Assembly: GCF_016714285.1 (NCBI RefSeq)
Contig: NZ_JADJNN010000008.1
Span: 132,669 to 196,668, forward strand
Direction of reading: 5' to 3'
DNA length: 64,000 nt
Source: Nannocystis sp.
GTDB lineage: Bacteria > Myxococcota_A > Polyangia > Nannocystales > Nannocystaceae
Made by a program: the position numbers and the translations under genes. The notes beneath the pieces are model-generated. The model did not search any database. It saw only the letters and a list, made by a program, of their open reading frames with translations, and was not told the DNA's origin. Positions 9,020 through 21,076 of the stretch are shown here, piece after piece (the first letter of the stretch is position 1; every line of letters begins with the position of its first letter).

Positions 9020-9160
9020 GATCGACGCCTTCCCACGGTCCTGCGGGTGCAGGAGCTCGCAGTGGCTGCGTGTCGATCTCGTCGCCTCTCACAGTGGCGG
9101 GAGCCGCGTCGGTGTTGCACCGACTTCCCTCTTTCGCGTCCTGGGCCCTGGGCCCGGGAC
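9020..9160 (-). promoter_or_regulatory. Cobalamin (AdoCbl) riboswitch in the 5' leader of btuB
   Basis: The minus strand reads gaaagAGGGAAGTCGGTGCAACACCGACGCGGCTCCCGCCACTGTGAGAGGCGACGAGATCGACACGCAGCCACTGCGAGCTCCTGCACCCGCAGGACCGTGGGAAGGCG. This contains the conserved AGGGAA...GGTG.AA...CCCGCCACTGT element, a second GCCACTG B12 box and GGGAAGGC. It ends about 180 nt upstream of the btuB start. Confidence 0.75.
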
Positions 9161-9209
9161 GACCGTGCGCTCGAGTCTGTTTGTCAGGGAACGGCGCACT
9201 TGTCGCTCG

Positions 9210-9223
9210 CAAGCGCGCGCTTG
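9210..9223. promoter_or_regulatory. Perfect 14-bp palindrome CAAGCGCGCGCTTG, a candidate operator in the divergent region
   Basis: The palindrome can be read directly. It lies in the 560-bp non-coding region between the btuB leader and the metzincin gene, flanked by cttgtc repeats. Confidence 0.3.
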
Positions 9224-9398
9224 TCAACGACGCACGCGCGGACTTGCTGGGATTCTCACGCGCGCATGCGTACGGGGACGGAGAAACGTGCTGGCTGGCC
9301 CGTGGGAGCCGACATTAGTGGCATTTCGAGTGAGGATCGGACCCGGGTCGGACCTGTGGCGGGTTGCAATACCCACAAAACAAAAATAAGGTCAGTAG

Positions 9399-11012
9399 AT
9401 GAGAAACGCGCTCTCTGCTTCCTGTATTTTCATCACCGCGTTCGCCACCGGGTGTGGCGACGACAAGGCCGGGGACGAGGCGGGCGGCACGACGGAGGCC
9501 GCGAGCACGAGCGGCGGTGAGGACCCGACGACCGGCGAGCCCTTCGTGCCGTTTCCGGCGCGCGGCGGGATCGTGATCACGGCGGTCGAGGCCAACCCGG
9601 GGGTGGCGGTGCCGATCGGGAAGGAGGGCGCGCCGGTCGGCGGCAAGGACCGCACCTCGTATATCCCGAAGGGCCGCGACACGCTGATCCGGGCCTTCGT
9701 CGACGTGCCCGACGATTGGACCCCGCGGCCGATCGAGGCGCGCCTGATGCTGAGCGGCGGAGGCGTGGACCAGACGCTGCAACAGACAGTGACGATCAGC
9801 GAGGACTCGTTCGTGGGCGACCTGACCTCGACCTTTTACTTCGGCGTGCACGCGGACGTGATCGTGCCGGGGCTCAAGTACCAGATCGAGCTGTGGGAGG
9901 CGGCGCCGGGCCAGGAGGGGCTGCCCGAGGCGCCGACGCCGGTGGCGCTCAAGGACGGGCCGGGCCCGGTCGGGGTGGAGTCGGCCTTCACCGAGATGCG
10001 CGTGGTGTTGGTCCCGATCGACTACAGCTACGAGAGCTGCAACCAGAAGGTCGATGGCGAGGCGCAGCGCAAGGCCTTCGAGGACGCGCTGTTCCAGCAG
10101 AACGGCATCGCGTCGCTCGAGCTCGAGGTGCACGCGCCGTACAAGGTCGACTACGACATGGTCAGCTTCGGCGGCCTGAGCCAGCTGGTCAACGAGATGA
10201 GTCAGCTGCGCACGGTCGAGGCGGCCGACGACAACGTCTACTACTACGCGCTGTTCGACAGCTGCCACGGCTGCATCGGCGACGGCGGGATCCAGGGCGG
10301 GTGCACGGTCGGGCTCGCGGCCGACATCACCGGGCCCGATCCGGGCGACGCCCACTGGCGCGCCGCGGCCGGGCAGCTCATCGGGAACGCGGCCGAGACC
10401 TTCGTCCACGAGATCGGACACACGCAGGGGCGGCAGCACGTGTACTGCGCCGGCGCTGGCGTGCAGGCGCAGGGCACGGATCCGACTTATCCCCACGAGG
10501 ACGGGCGCATCGGCGTGTGGGGCTTTGGCGTCCGCGACTACAAGCTGCGCCATCCGACGGCCAACTCGGACTACATGAGCTACTGCGGGCAGGTCTGGGT
10601 CTCGGACTGGCAGTGGAACGCGACATACAACCGCATCGTGACGCTGAGCCAGTGGGAGAAGTCGGGCGCGGGGCAACCGGCGGGCGCCGGTGGCGGCGTG
10701 CTCATCGCCGCGGTCGACCCCGACGGCAAGCAGATGTGGTGGACCGGCCCCGGCGGGCTGAGCTCGTCGCGCGAGGCGAGCGCGACGCACTCGGTGATCT
10801 TCGAGTTCACGGACGGCGAGGTCGAGGCGCAGGCGCAGGTCAGCGTGCGCCCGCACTACGCGACCCGGAACATCGTCGCCGCGTTGCCGGCGGGCTTCGA
10901 CGAGCGCGAGCTCGTGAGCGTGAAGCTGCGCGACGAGCAGGGTGAGCGCCGCGTGGAGGCGGCGGCGATCCGTCGCCTCCACCACCCGGATCGCCTGCGA
11001 GACGCGCGCTAG
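9399..11012 (+). CDS. Secreted lipoprotein, metzincin-type zinc metalloprotease
   Basis: It starts MRNALSASCIFITAFATGCGDD with lipobox ATGC. The motif HEIGHTQGRQH matches HExxHxxGxxH, and a Met-turn follows at SDYMSY. An unusual AT-rich patch (ccacaaaacaaaaataaggtcagtag) precedes the ATG. Confidence 0.8.
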   Translation: MRNALSASCIFITAFATGCGDDKAGDEAGGTTEAASTSGGEDPTTGEPFVPFPARGGIVITAVEANPGVAVPIGKEGAPVGGKDRTSYIPKGRDTLIRAFVDVPDDWTPRPIEARLMLSGGGVDQTLQQTVTISEDSFVGDLTSTFYFGVHADVIVPGLKYQIELWEAAPGQEGLPEAPTPVALKDGPGPVGVESAFTEMRVVLVPIDYSYESCNQKVDGEAQRKAFEDALFQQNGIASLELEVHAPYKVDYDMVSFGGLSQLVNEMSQLRTVEAADDNVYYYALFDSCHGCIGDGGIQGGCTVGLAADITGPDPGDAHWRAAAGQLIGNAAETFVHEIGHTQGRQHVYCAGAGVQAQGTDPTYPHEDGRIGVWGFGVRDYKLRHPTANSDYMSYCGQVWVSDWQWNATYNRIVTLSQWEKSGAGQPAGAGGGVLIAAVDPDGKQMWWTGPGGLSSSREASATHSVIFEFTDGEVEAQAQVSVRPHYATRNIVAALPAGFDERELVSVKLRDEQGERRVEAAAIRRLHHPDRLRDAR

Positions 11013-11153
11013 GCGGCGATGTCCGCGAAGTCGCGGGATCTCCCCGGGGGCGGTCGCGGCTGCCCCGATCGGGCCCTGATCGGGCCCGTGTCGCCGTGCT
11101 AGGCAGCGCAGGCGACTTGGGATAGCCTCTAGGCCGGAGCTGGAGAAAGCCAG

Positions 11154-11585
11154 ATGCTCGACTTCCCGATCGCAGAGCTCATCACCCCCGAGGAGCAGGT
11201 GGCCGTCGCCCGTGCCGTGGCGATCATGGCCTCGCGCGACAACCAGGTCTCGGACAGCGAGAAGCACTTCGTCGAGGAGCTGATGGGCCAGATGATGCTG
11301 CTCCCCGAGGAGCGCGATCTGGTGCGTCGGGAGTTCTCTACGCCGAACGACTTGATGCAGGTCGCTCGCGCCGTGCAGCACCGCGAGGCTCGCCTCTTCC
11401 TCTTTTACCAGGCGGTCTGCGCGGCGCTCGCCGACAACAAGCTTGTCGATGGCGAGATGGACGCGTTGCTGTCGCTCGCGGACGCCTTCAACTTCCAGAC
11501 CGAGCACGCCAAGGGCTTCATCCGCTGGGTCCGCGACAGCCTCGAGCTGCGTGACCGCGGGCAACAGCTGCTCGTCGAGATGTGA
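11154..11585 (+). CDS. TerB-like (tellurite-resistance TerB family) protein
   Basis: The 143-aa protein carries two D-x4-E type repeats, VSDSEKHFVEEL and LVDGEMDALLSLADAF. A GGAGAAAG ribosome-binding site lies upstream. Confidence 0.55.
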   Translation: MLDFPIAELITPEEQVAVARAVAIMASRDNQVSDSEKHFVEELMGQMMLLPEERDLVRREFSTPNDLMQVARAVQHREARLFLFYQAVCAALADNKLVDGEMDALLSLADAFNFQTEHAKGFIRWVRDSLELRDRGQQLLVEM

Positions 11586-11750
11586 GCCGCGGGGATCGCT
11601 TCCTTGAGCGTTGCGAGGGGCTCGCGGCGCTGGGTTGTGCTCGCGTCGGCTCGGGCGATGGTGCGAGGCGCCGGGATCGGCCCGCAGGGCGGCGAGCGAG
11701 GTTTCCAGGGACTTGCGTTGGCGCGCGCAGGCCCGCATACTCCGCCGCCC

Positions 11751-12311
11751 ATGGCTCGCGTCACCGTCGAAGACTGCCTCGAGAGAATCCCCAATCGCTT
11801 CGCGCTCACCATCCTCGCGGCCCGGCGCGCGCGGGCCCTGCTCGAGAATCGCGGCACGCCGCTGATCGACTGCGAGAACAAGGGGGCCGTCACCGCGCTG
11901 CGGGAGATCGGGGCCGGGTCGGTGCGCTACAACGAGGATGTCGCCGAGGTGATGACCGAGTTCATCGAGGAGCAGCGGCAGAAGCTCAAGCTCACCAGCA
12001 GCGACAACACCTTCCTCGAGGCCGCCGCCTTCAGCGTGATCGAGGGCGAGGAGGCCGATGAGGAGGGCGACGTGATCCCCGAGCTCTCGGCCGACTTCGA
12101 GAAGGTGGGCCTGGCCCCCGTCGAGACGACCGACAGCGACGAGCCGGTCGACGTCGAGGACGCCGACACCGAGGAGGAGGCCCCGGCCGACGACGAGGAG
12201 GCCGACCTGGTCGCCGCCGCCGACATCGACGACGAGGCCGCTGGTCTCGAGGATCTCGACGCTGGCCTCGAGGACGAGGTCGAGCCCGTAGAGGCCGAGG
12301 ACGAGGAATAG
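11751..12311 (+). CDS. rpoZ: DNA-directed RNA polymerase omega subunit with a long acidic C-terminal tail
   Basis: [30 protein letters not shown] matches the RpoZ consensus. The C-terminal ~90 residues are D/E-rich. Confidence 0.85.
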   Translation: MARVTVEDCLERIPNRFALTILAARRARALLENRGTPLIDCENKGAVTALREIGAGSVRYNEDVAEVMTEFIEEQRQKLKLTSSDNTFLEAAAFSVIEGEEADEEGDVIPELSADFEKVGLAPVETTDSDEPVDVEDADTEEEAPADDEEADLVAAADIDDEAAGLEDLDAGLEDEVEPVEAEDEE

Positions 12312-12625
12312 TGGGCGCCAGGTCGCGCCGCCGCCTGGTCGGCGTGGCCGGCGGGCTGCTGTTGTGCGGGTGCGTCGACAAGGCGCCGCCGCCCCTGTGG
12401 CCCGCGCCGCCGCCCCCGGCGGTGGCCGAGTTGCTGGGTGATCCAGAGCAGCGGCCGTCGCCTCCTGGGGTCGCGGTGGTCGGGGCGTCTTCGCTGGCGG
12501 GGCCGCCGAGCAAGCTCGACCAGATGCCGGGCAGCAAGGCCAGTGTCCTCGAGCCCCCCAAGGCTCCGAGCGCGGGCCAGGGCGATCCGGCCACGTCGCC
12601 GCGACCGGTGCCGGGCCACCGCTAG
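12311..12625 (+). CDS. Small Pro-rich putative lipoprotein (speculative)
   Basis: A GTG start overlaps the rpoZ stop, followed by MGARSRRRLVGVAGGLLLCGCVDK, a signal-peptide-like segment with a Cys. It fills a gap that would otherwise be a 367-bp intergenic region. The composition is also what GC bias alone would produce. Confidence 0.3.
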   Translation: MGARSRRRLVGVAGGLLLCGCVDKAPPPLWPAPPPPAVAELLGDPEQRPSPPGVAVVGASSLAGPPSKLDQMPGSKASVLEPPKAPSAGQGDPATSPRPVPGHR

Positions 12626-12678
12626 CCGTGGTTTTGCCGCCGCGGTCGGCCGCGCCTGTGCTAAGGCGGGGTCGCGCC

Positions 12679-14199
12679 ATGACTCCGCCGTTTCGAAAGA
12701 TCCTGGTCGCCAATCGCGGTGAGATCGCCCTGCGGGTGTTTCGGACCTGCGCCGAGTACGGCATCCGCACCGTCGCCGTCTACAGCGACGCCGACCGCGA
12801 CGCCCTGCACGCCCAGCAGGCTGACGAGGCGGTGCACATCGGGCCGGCGCCGTCGGCCGAGAGCTACCTGCGCGTCGACAAGATCCTCGCCGCGGCGCGG
12901 GCCACCGGCGCCGAGGCGATCCACCCGGGCTACGGTTTCCTCAGCGAGCGGGCCCACTTCGTCGAGGCGTGCCGCCAGGCGGGTGTGGTCTTCATCGGCC
13001 CCGACGTGCGGGCCATGGAGGTGATGGGCGACAAGATCGGCGCGCGCAAGGCCATGGCTGCGGCCGGCGTGCCGGTGGTGCCCGGGGTGAACGACCTCGA
13101 TTCGATGGCCGCCGTCGAGGCCGCCGCGCGCTCGATCGGCTTCCCGGTGATGCTCAAGGCCTCGGCGGGCGGCGGCGGCAAGGGCATGCGCATCGTCCAC
13201 GAGGCCAGCGAGCTGCGCCGCGCCTACGAGGGCGCCGCGCGCGAGGCGAAGGCCGCCTTCGGCGACGACCGCATGCTGATGGAGCGCGCCGTGCTCGCCG
13301 CGCGTCACGTGGAGATCCAGCTGATGGCCGACCGCCACGGCGGCTGTGTCTACCTCAACGAGCGCGACTGCTCGGTGCAGCGCCGGCACCAGAAGGTCAT
13401 CGAGGAGAGCCCGAGCCCGAGCCCGCAGATGACCCCAGCGGTGCGCGCGGCGATGGGCGAGGTGGCGGTGCGCGCGGCCCGGGCGGTCGACTACTGCGGC
13501 GCTGGCACGGTCGAGTTCCTGTTCGAGGAGCACCCCGAGGGCCCGCGCTTCTACTTCCTCGAGATGAACACTCGCCTGCAGGTCGAGCACCCGGTCACCG
13601 AGGCGACCTGCGGCCGTGACCTGGTGTGGGATCAGATCCGCGTCGCCGCCGGGCAGCCGCTCGGCTACTCGCAGGCCGACGTGGAGCTGCGAGGCCACGC
13701 GATCGAGTGCCGCCTCTACGCCGAGGATCCCCACCGATTTCTGCCGAGCCCGGGCGAGCTCCGGCGCCTGCGCTGGCCGGTGGGCGCCCACATCCGCATC
13801 GACAGCGCGGTCGCCGAGGGCAGCGTTGTGTCCAACTTCTACGACCCGATGATCGCCAAGCTGACGGTGTGGGGACCCGATCGCCCGAGCGCCCTCCGAC
13901 GCATGCGTGAGGCGCTGCGCGAGACGGTCGCGCTGGGCATCGCCACCAACCTCGGGTTTCACCTGCGCGTGCTCGCCGAGCCCGACTTCCTCCGCGGCGA
14001 CTTCTCGACCCGCTACATCGAGCAACATCCAGCGCTGACCGCCGAGCTGCCGATCGCCGAGGCCGAGAGCCAGGCGATCGCGGCGGCGGCGGCGGTGCAC
14101 GCGGCGGCCGCGGTCGGCCGGGGTGGCGTCGCAGCGTCTGGCGCTGTTTCTGCGGCTACTTCGCCGTGGCGTCGCGCCGTTGGCTGGCGTCGGGCGTGA
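12679..14199 (+). CDS. accC: Biotin carboxylase (biotin-dependent carboxylase subunit)
   Basis: MTPPFRKILVANRGEIALRV...GYGFLSE...MLKASAGGGGKGMRIV...EMNTRLQVEHPVTE are the ATP-grasp biotin carboxylase signatures. No BCCP or carboxyltransferase gene is adjacent. Confidence 0.9.
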   Translation: MTPPFRKILVANRGEIALRVFRTCAEYGIRTVAVYSDADRDALHAQQADEAVHIGPAPSAESYLRVDKILAAARATGAEAIHPGYGFLSERAHFVEACRQAGVVFIGPDVRAMEVMGDKIGARKAMAAAGVPVVPGVNDLDSMAAVEAAARSIGFPVMLKASAGGGGKGMRIVHEASELRRAYEGAAREAKAAFGDDRMLMERAVLAARHVEIQLMADRHGGCVYLNERDCSVQRRHQKVIEESPSPSPQMTPAVRAAMGEVAVRAARAVDYCGAGTVEFLFEEHPEGPRFYFLEMNTRLQVEHPVTEATCGRDLVWDQIRVAAGQPLGYSQADVELRGHAIECRLYAEDPHRFLPSPGELRRLRWPVGAHIRIDSAVAEGSVVSNFYDPMIAKLTVWGPDRPSALRRMREALRETVALGIATNLGFHLRVLAEPDFLRGDFSTRYIEQHPALTAELPIAEAESQAIAAAAAVHAAAAVGRGGVAASGAVSAATSPWRRAVGWRRA

Positions 14200-14214
14200 G
14201 CCAGCCGCCGGTGA

Positions 14215-15903
<1,689 letters not shown>

Positions 15904-16062
15904 GGCGCCCGCGGGCGCGGCGGTGGCGATGCCGCGCGGGACCGATCTCCGCGGCGCCACAAATCCCGCAAGTAACGCCGTACTGCCGGGCAAGCCAGGT
16001 GTTTGAGCCTTGGCCCGGTTGTTGCTGCTCTGGTACCGTGGTGGCTCAGCGAGGCGAGTTCC

Positions 16063-17526
<1,464 letters not shown>

Positions 17527-17553
17527 AGTCCCCTCACCAAGAAGGTGCCGCCG

Positions 17554-18216
17554 ATGCAGACCCACTTCGTGTTTCGCCAGATGGAGTCCTCCAACGCCCT
17601 GCGGGGCTACGCAGAGGAGCGCCTGGAGAAGATCAAGCGCTACTTCGCCGACCCGCTGCGGATCAGTTGCACGTTCAGCGTCGACAAGATCATGCACAGC
17701 GCCTCATTCGACGTCACGCTGCGCAACGGCCTCCAGCTCCACGCCTCGGAGGCGACGGAGAACATGTACTCCTCCGTCGACATGGCCCTGGCGAAGATGG
17801 AGCGGCAGGTCCGGCGCTACAAGGCCCGGATCAAGCACCACAAGGCTGATGAAGGCCGCACCGCCAAGGTCAAGCTCGGGGTCATCGCCGCCGAGAGCGT
17901 GACCGACCGGCACATCGAGGAGGACGAGGCGCACCTCCCCGCCGCGAACAACCACGCGGCCACCCACGAGTCCGCCGCGCCGCCCGAGAGCTCGCCGCAC
18001 ATCATCCGCCAGAGCGAGTTCCACGCCGAGCGCATGACGGTCCACGCCGCGATCATGCAGATGAACCTGCTGCACAAGCAGTTCTACGTGTTCACCAACG
18101 CCGCCAGCGGCAGCATCACGATCGTCTACGCGCTCGAGGACGGCAACTTCGGCCTCATCGAGCCGCAGCCCGAGGGCCAACAGGGCCAAGGGCCAGAGGC
18201 CAATAGAGGCCAATAG
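17554..18216 (+). CDS. hpf: Ribosome hibernation promoting factor (long form, sigma-54 modulation protein)
   Basis: MQTHFVFRQMESSNALRGYAEERLEKI is typical of HPF, and an AAGAAGG ribosome-binding site lies upstream. It sits directly downstream of rpoN, as is conserved. Confidence 0.9.
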   Translation: MQTHFVFRQMESSNALRGYAEERLEKIKRYFADPLRISCTFSVDKIMHSASFDVTLRNGLQLHASEATENMYSSVDMALAKMERQVRRYKARIKHHKADEGRTAKVKLGVIAAESVTDRHIEEDEAHLPAANNHAATHESAAPPESSPHIIRQSEFHAERMTVHAAIMQMNLLHKQFYVFTNAASGSITIVYALEDGNFGLIEPQPEGQQGQGPEANRGQ

Positions 18217-18351
18217 AGGGCCACGGCAGGTGCCGCGGCAGGCGCCACGGACGGGCCAGTCGACGCGTGGTAGGACCAGGCCCGTCGCCGCGGGCGCAGC
18301 GGACGCGCGCAGGAGCTTCGATGCGGGGCCCTGGCGTGTCCGCCTGCTGGT

Positions 18352-19410
18352 ATGCTCGCGACGATGCGCCGTGAAGCCTCCATCGAGGTCAGCCGATTGC
18401 TCGAGGCCTCGTCGGAGACCTTGCACCTCACGCTCCTGTCGGACTGGGGCTCGCTCGACCGCAAGATCGCCCACATGCGGATCCAGAAGCCGGGCCTCGC
18501 CCTGTCCGGCTTCGTCAAGCACGTCTACCCCGACCGCATGCAGATCCTCGGTCTGACCGAGATCGACTATCTGTTGTCGACCCCGCGCGAGGTCGTCGAC
18601 GCCGGCCTCGAGGCTTATTTGCAGCGGCCGATCTGCGCTCTGGCGATCACCCGCGGGCTCGACCCGCCGGACTTCCTGATGGACGCGGCGCGCCGCCACG
18701 GCGTGCCGGTGCTGCGCACCTCGCTGATGAGCTCCACCTTCATCTCGCGACTGGTGCGCAGGCTCGAGGAGCTGCTCTCGCCGCGGGCCACGCTGCACGG
18801 GGTGCTCATCGACGTGCTCGGCGTCGGCCTGCTGCTCATCGGCCGCAGCGGGGTCGGCAAGAGCGAGGCGGCGCTCGACCTCATCCTCAAGGGCCATCGC
18901 CTGGTCGCCGACGACATCGTCGAGGTCACGGTACGCGCGCCCGACACGGTGTGGGGCTCGGCGCTGGAGATGCACCAGCACCACATGGAGATCCGCGGGA
19001 TGGGCATCCTCAACATCACCCACCTGTTCGGGGTCGCCGCGGTCCGCGACAACAAGAAGATCGAGGTCGTCGTCGAGCTCAGCGAGATCCAGGAGGACGA
19101 CTACGATCGCCTCGGCACCGAGCAGCAGGTGTGGCCGATCCTCGGCGTCGACGTGCCGCTGGCCCGCATCCCGCTGCGGCCCGGTCGCAACATCGCCTCC
19201 TTGATCGAGGTGGTCGCGCGCAATCAGCTGCTCAAGTACCGCGGCCACGACAGCGCCCGCGAGTTCCAGGAGAAGATCAACGCCCGCATCGCCGCCAGCG
19301 CCCGTGGCGTGGCGATCCGTGGCACTGGCACGATCCCCCCGCGGGCCGACGTCCCGGTCGCCCAGCCGCGCCAGAACTCGCAGGCGATGCCGATCCCGGA
19401 GGTTGAGTAG
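18352..19410 (+). CDS. hprK: HPr kinase/phosphorylase
   Basis: The P-loop reads LIGRSGVGKSEAALDLILKGHRLVADDIVE. Confidence 0.9.
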   Translation: MLATMRREASIEVSRLLEASSETLHLTLLSDWGSLDRKIAHMRIQKPGLALSGFVKHVYPDRMQILGLTEIDYLLSTPREVVDAGLEAYLQRPICALAITRGLDPPDFLMDAARRHGVPVLRTSLMSSTFISRLVRRLEELLSPRATLHGVLIDVLGVGLLLIGRSGVGKSEAALDLILKGHRLVADDIVEVTVRAPDTVWGSALEMHQHHMEIRGMGILNITHLFGVAAVRDNKKIEVVVELSEIQEDDYDRLGTEQQVWPILGVDVPLARIPLRPGRNIASLIEVVARNQLLKYRGHDSAREFQEKINARIAASARGVAIRGTGTIPPRADVPVAQPRQNSQAMPIPEVE

Positions 19411-19412
19411 GG

Positions 19413-20350
19413 TGGAGCTTCTGGTCGTCACGGGCATGAGCGGCGCCGGCAAGTCGACCGCCCTCGCGGCGCTCGAGGACCTCGGATTTTACTGCGCCGA
19501 CAACGTGCCCGTGCCGCTGCTGCCGCAGCTCGCCCAGCTGCTCGCGCAGACCGACGCCGAGCGGCGCACCGCGGTCGGCGTCGACGCCCGCGAGGACTCG
19601 CTGCTGCGCCACTTCTCCGGCGTCCACCAGCAGCTGCTCGCCGCTGGCCACCGCGTCGAGATCCTGTTCCTCGACGCGCCCGACGACGTCCTGCTGCGCC
19701 GCTACTCCGAGACCCGGCGCAAGCACCCGATGGGCGAGCTGCCGGCCGCGATCCAGCGCGAGCGCGAGCTGATGACGGCCTTCCGCGCGCGCACCACCGC
19801 CACGATCGACACCGGCACCCTCCGCGCCCGCGAGCTGCGGCACATGATCCGCGACCGCTACGGCAGCGACGGCGGCCTGCTGCACCTGGTCCTGATGTCC
19901 TTCGGCTTCAAGTCGGGCATCCCGAGCGTCGCCGACATCGTCTTCGATCTCCGCTTCCTGCAAAACCCCTACGACGTGCCCGAGCTGCGCCCCCGCACCG
20001 GCCTCGACGCCCCGGTCGCCCGCTACGTGCTGGATCAGCCCGACGCCCAGACCCTGCTGGATCACCTCGAGGCCCTGCTGCGCTTCGTCGTGCCGCGCAG
20101 CGTGCGCGAGGGCCGCTCCCATCTGACCGTTGCGCTCGGCTGCACCGGCGGGCAGCATCGTTCGGTGGCGATGATCCAAGCCCTCGCCGATCGCCTGCAG
20201 TCGCCGGCTGGTGGTGAGCCGCTGACCCGGCCGCCGCCGCGGATCGTGGTGCGCCACCGTGAGCTGTCCGCGGAGACGGGCAGCGATCACGCGGGCGAGC
20301 CGACGGGCGAGGGGAGGGCAGGGTATGGAGGAGTCACAGACCGTGGCTGA
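19413..20350 (+). CDS. rapZ: RNase adapter protein RapZ (YhbJ) P-loop NTPase
   Basis: The GTG start gives VELLVVTGMSGAGKSTALAALEDLGFYCADNVPVPLL. Confidence 0.9.
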
Positions 20351-20801
20351 TGCGTCTCAGGGGGTGACCGTCGGGGTGGTGCTGGTCGGGCACGGGCGCA
20401 GCGCCAGCGCGCTGCTCGGCGCGGCCGAGGGCATCGTCGGCGACGCGCTCACCGGGGTCGTCGCGGTCGACGCGGGCGCGGGCGAGGACGCCGACCTGCG
20501 CACCCGTATGTGCGCCGCCGTCGTGGCCGCCGACCACGGCGCCGGCGTGCTGCTGATCGCCGACATGTTCGGCGCGAGCCCCTGCGCCTGCGGGATCCGC
20601 ATGGCCGAGGGCCACCCGCTCGCGGTCCTGGCCGGCTTCAACCTGGCGATGCTGCTCAAATTGGCCACCCTCGACCGCCGCACGCACACGCCCGCCGAGC
20701 TCGCTGAGGCCTGCGGCGCCTCGGCCCGCCGGGCGATCACCGTGACCTCCCCGAAGCCTCCGCAACCCCCCCAGCACGCTGCAAGCAAGGAGCCCGCATG
20801 A
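20325..20801 (+). CDS. PTS EIIA component of the mannose/fructose family (phosphoryl-relay only)
   Basis: MEESQTVADASQGVTVGVVLVGHGRSASALLGAAEGIVG is an EIIA-Man fold with the active His. A GGGAGGG ribosome-binding site lies upstream. The gene overlaps the end of rapZ. Confidence 0.8.
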   Translation: MEESQTVADASQGVTVGVVLVGHGRSASALLGAAEGIVGDALTGVVAVDAGAGEDADLRTRMCAAVVAADHGAGVLLIADMFGASPCACGIRMAEGHPLAVLAGFNLAMLLKLATLDRRTHTPAELAEACGASARRAITVTSPKPPQPPQHAASKEPA

Positions 20802-21076
20802 GCAAGCCGCGGATGAACGGCGAATTTGAGATCGTCAACCCGCTCGGACTGCACGCCCGCGCGGCCAGCAAGTTCGCGTCCATGGCCAACAAGTACAAGG
20901 CCGACGTGTGGATCTCGAAGGACGGCACCGAGGTCAACGCCAAGAGCATCCTCGGCGTGCTCATGCTGGCCTGCTCGCAGGGCAGCACGATCGGCCTGCG
21001 CTGCGAGGGCGTCGACGCCGACAAGGCCTACGACGCCCTCTCGAAGCTCATCTCCAGCGGGTTCGGCGAGCTGTGA
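20798..21076 (+). CDS. ptsH: Phosphocarrier protein HPr
   Basis: NPLGLHARAASKFASMAN contains His15 and Ser46 in their usual context. Confidence 0.9.
   Translation: MSKPRMNGEFEIVNPLGLHARAASKFASMANKYKADVWISKDGTEVNAKSILGVLMLACSQGSTIGLRCEGVDADKAYDALSKLISSGFGEL

Noticed and set aside
9012-9227. A 71-aa minus-strand ORF
   Set aside because: The region is better explained as the cobalamin riboswitch leader of btuB.
18180-18216. The ggccaa(t/g)agagg repeat at the hpf 3' end
   Set aside because: It is a short low-complexity Q/G tail of long-form HPF and is not a distinct element.
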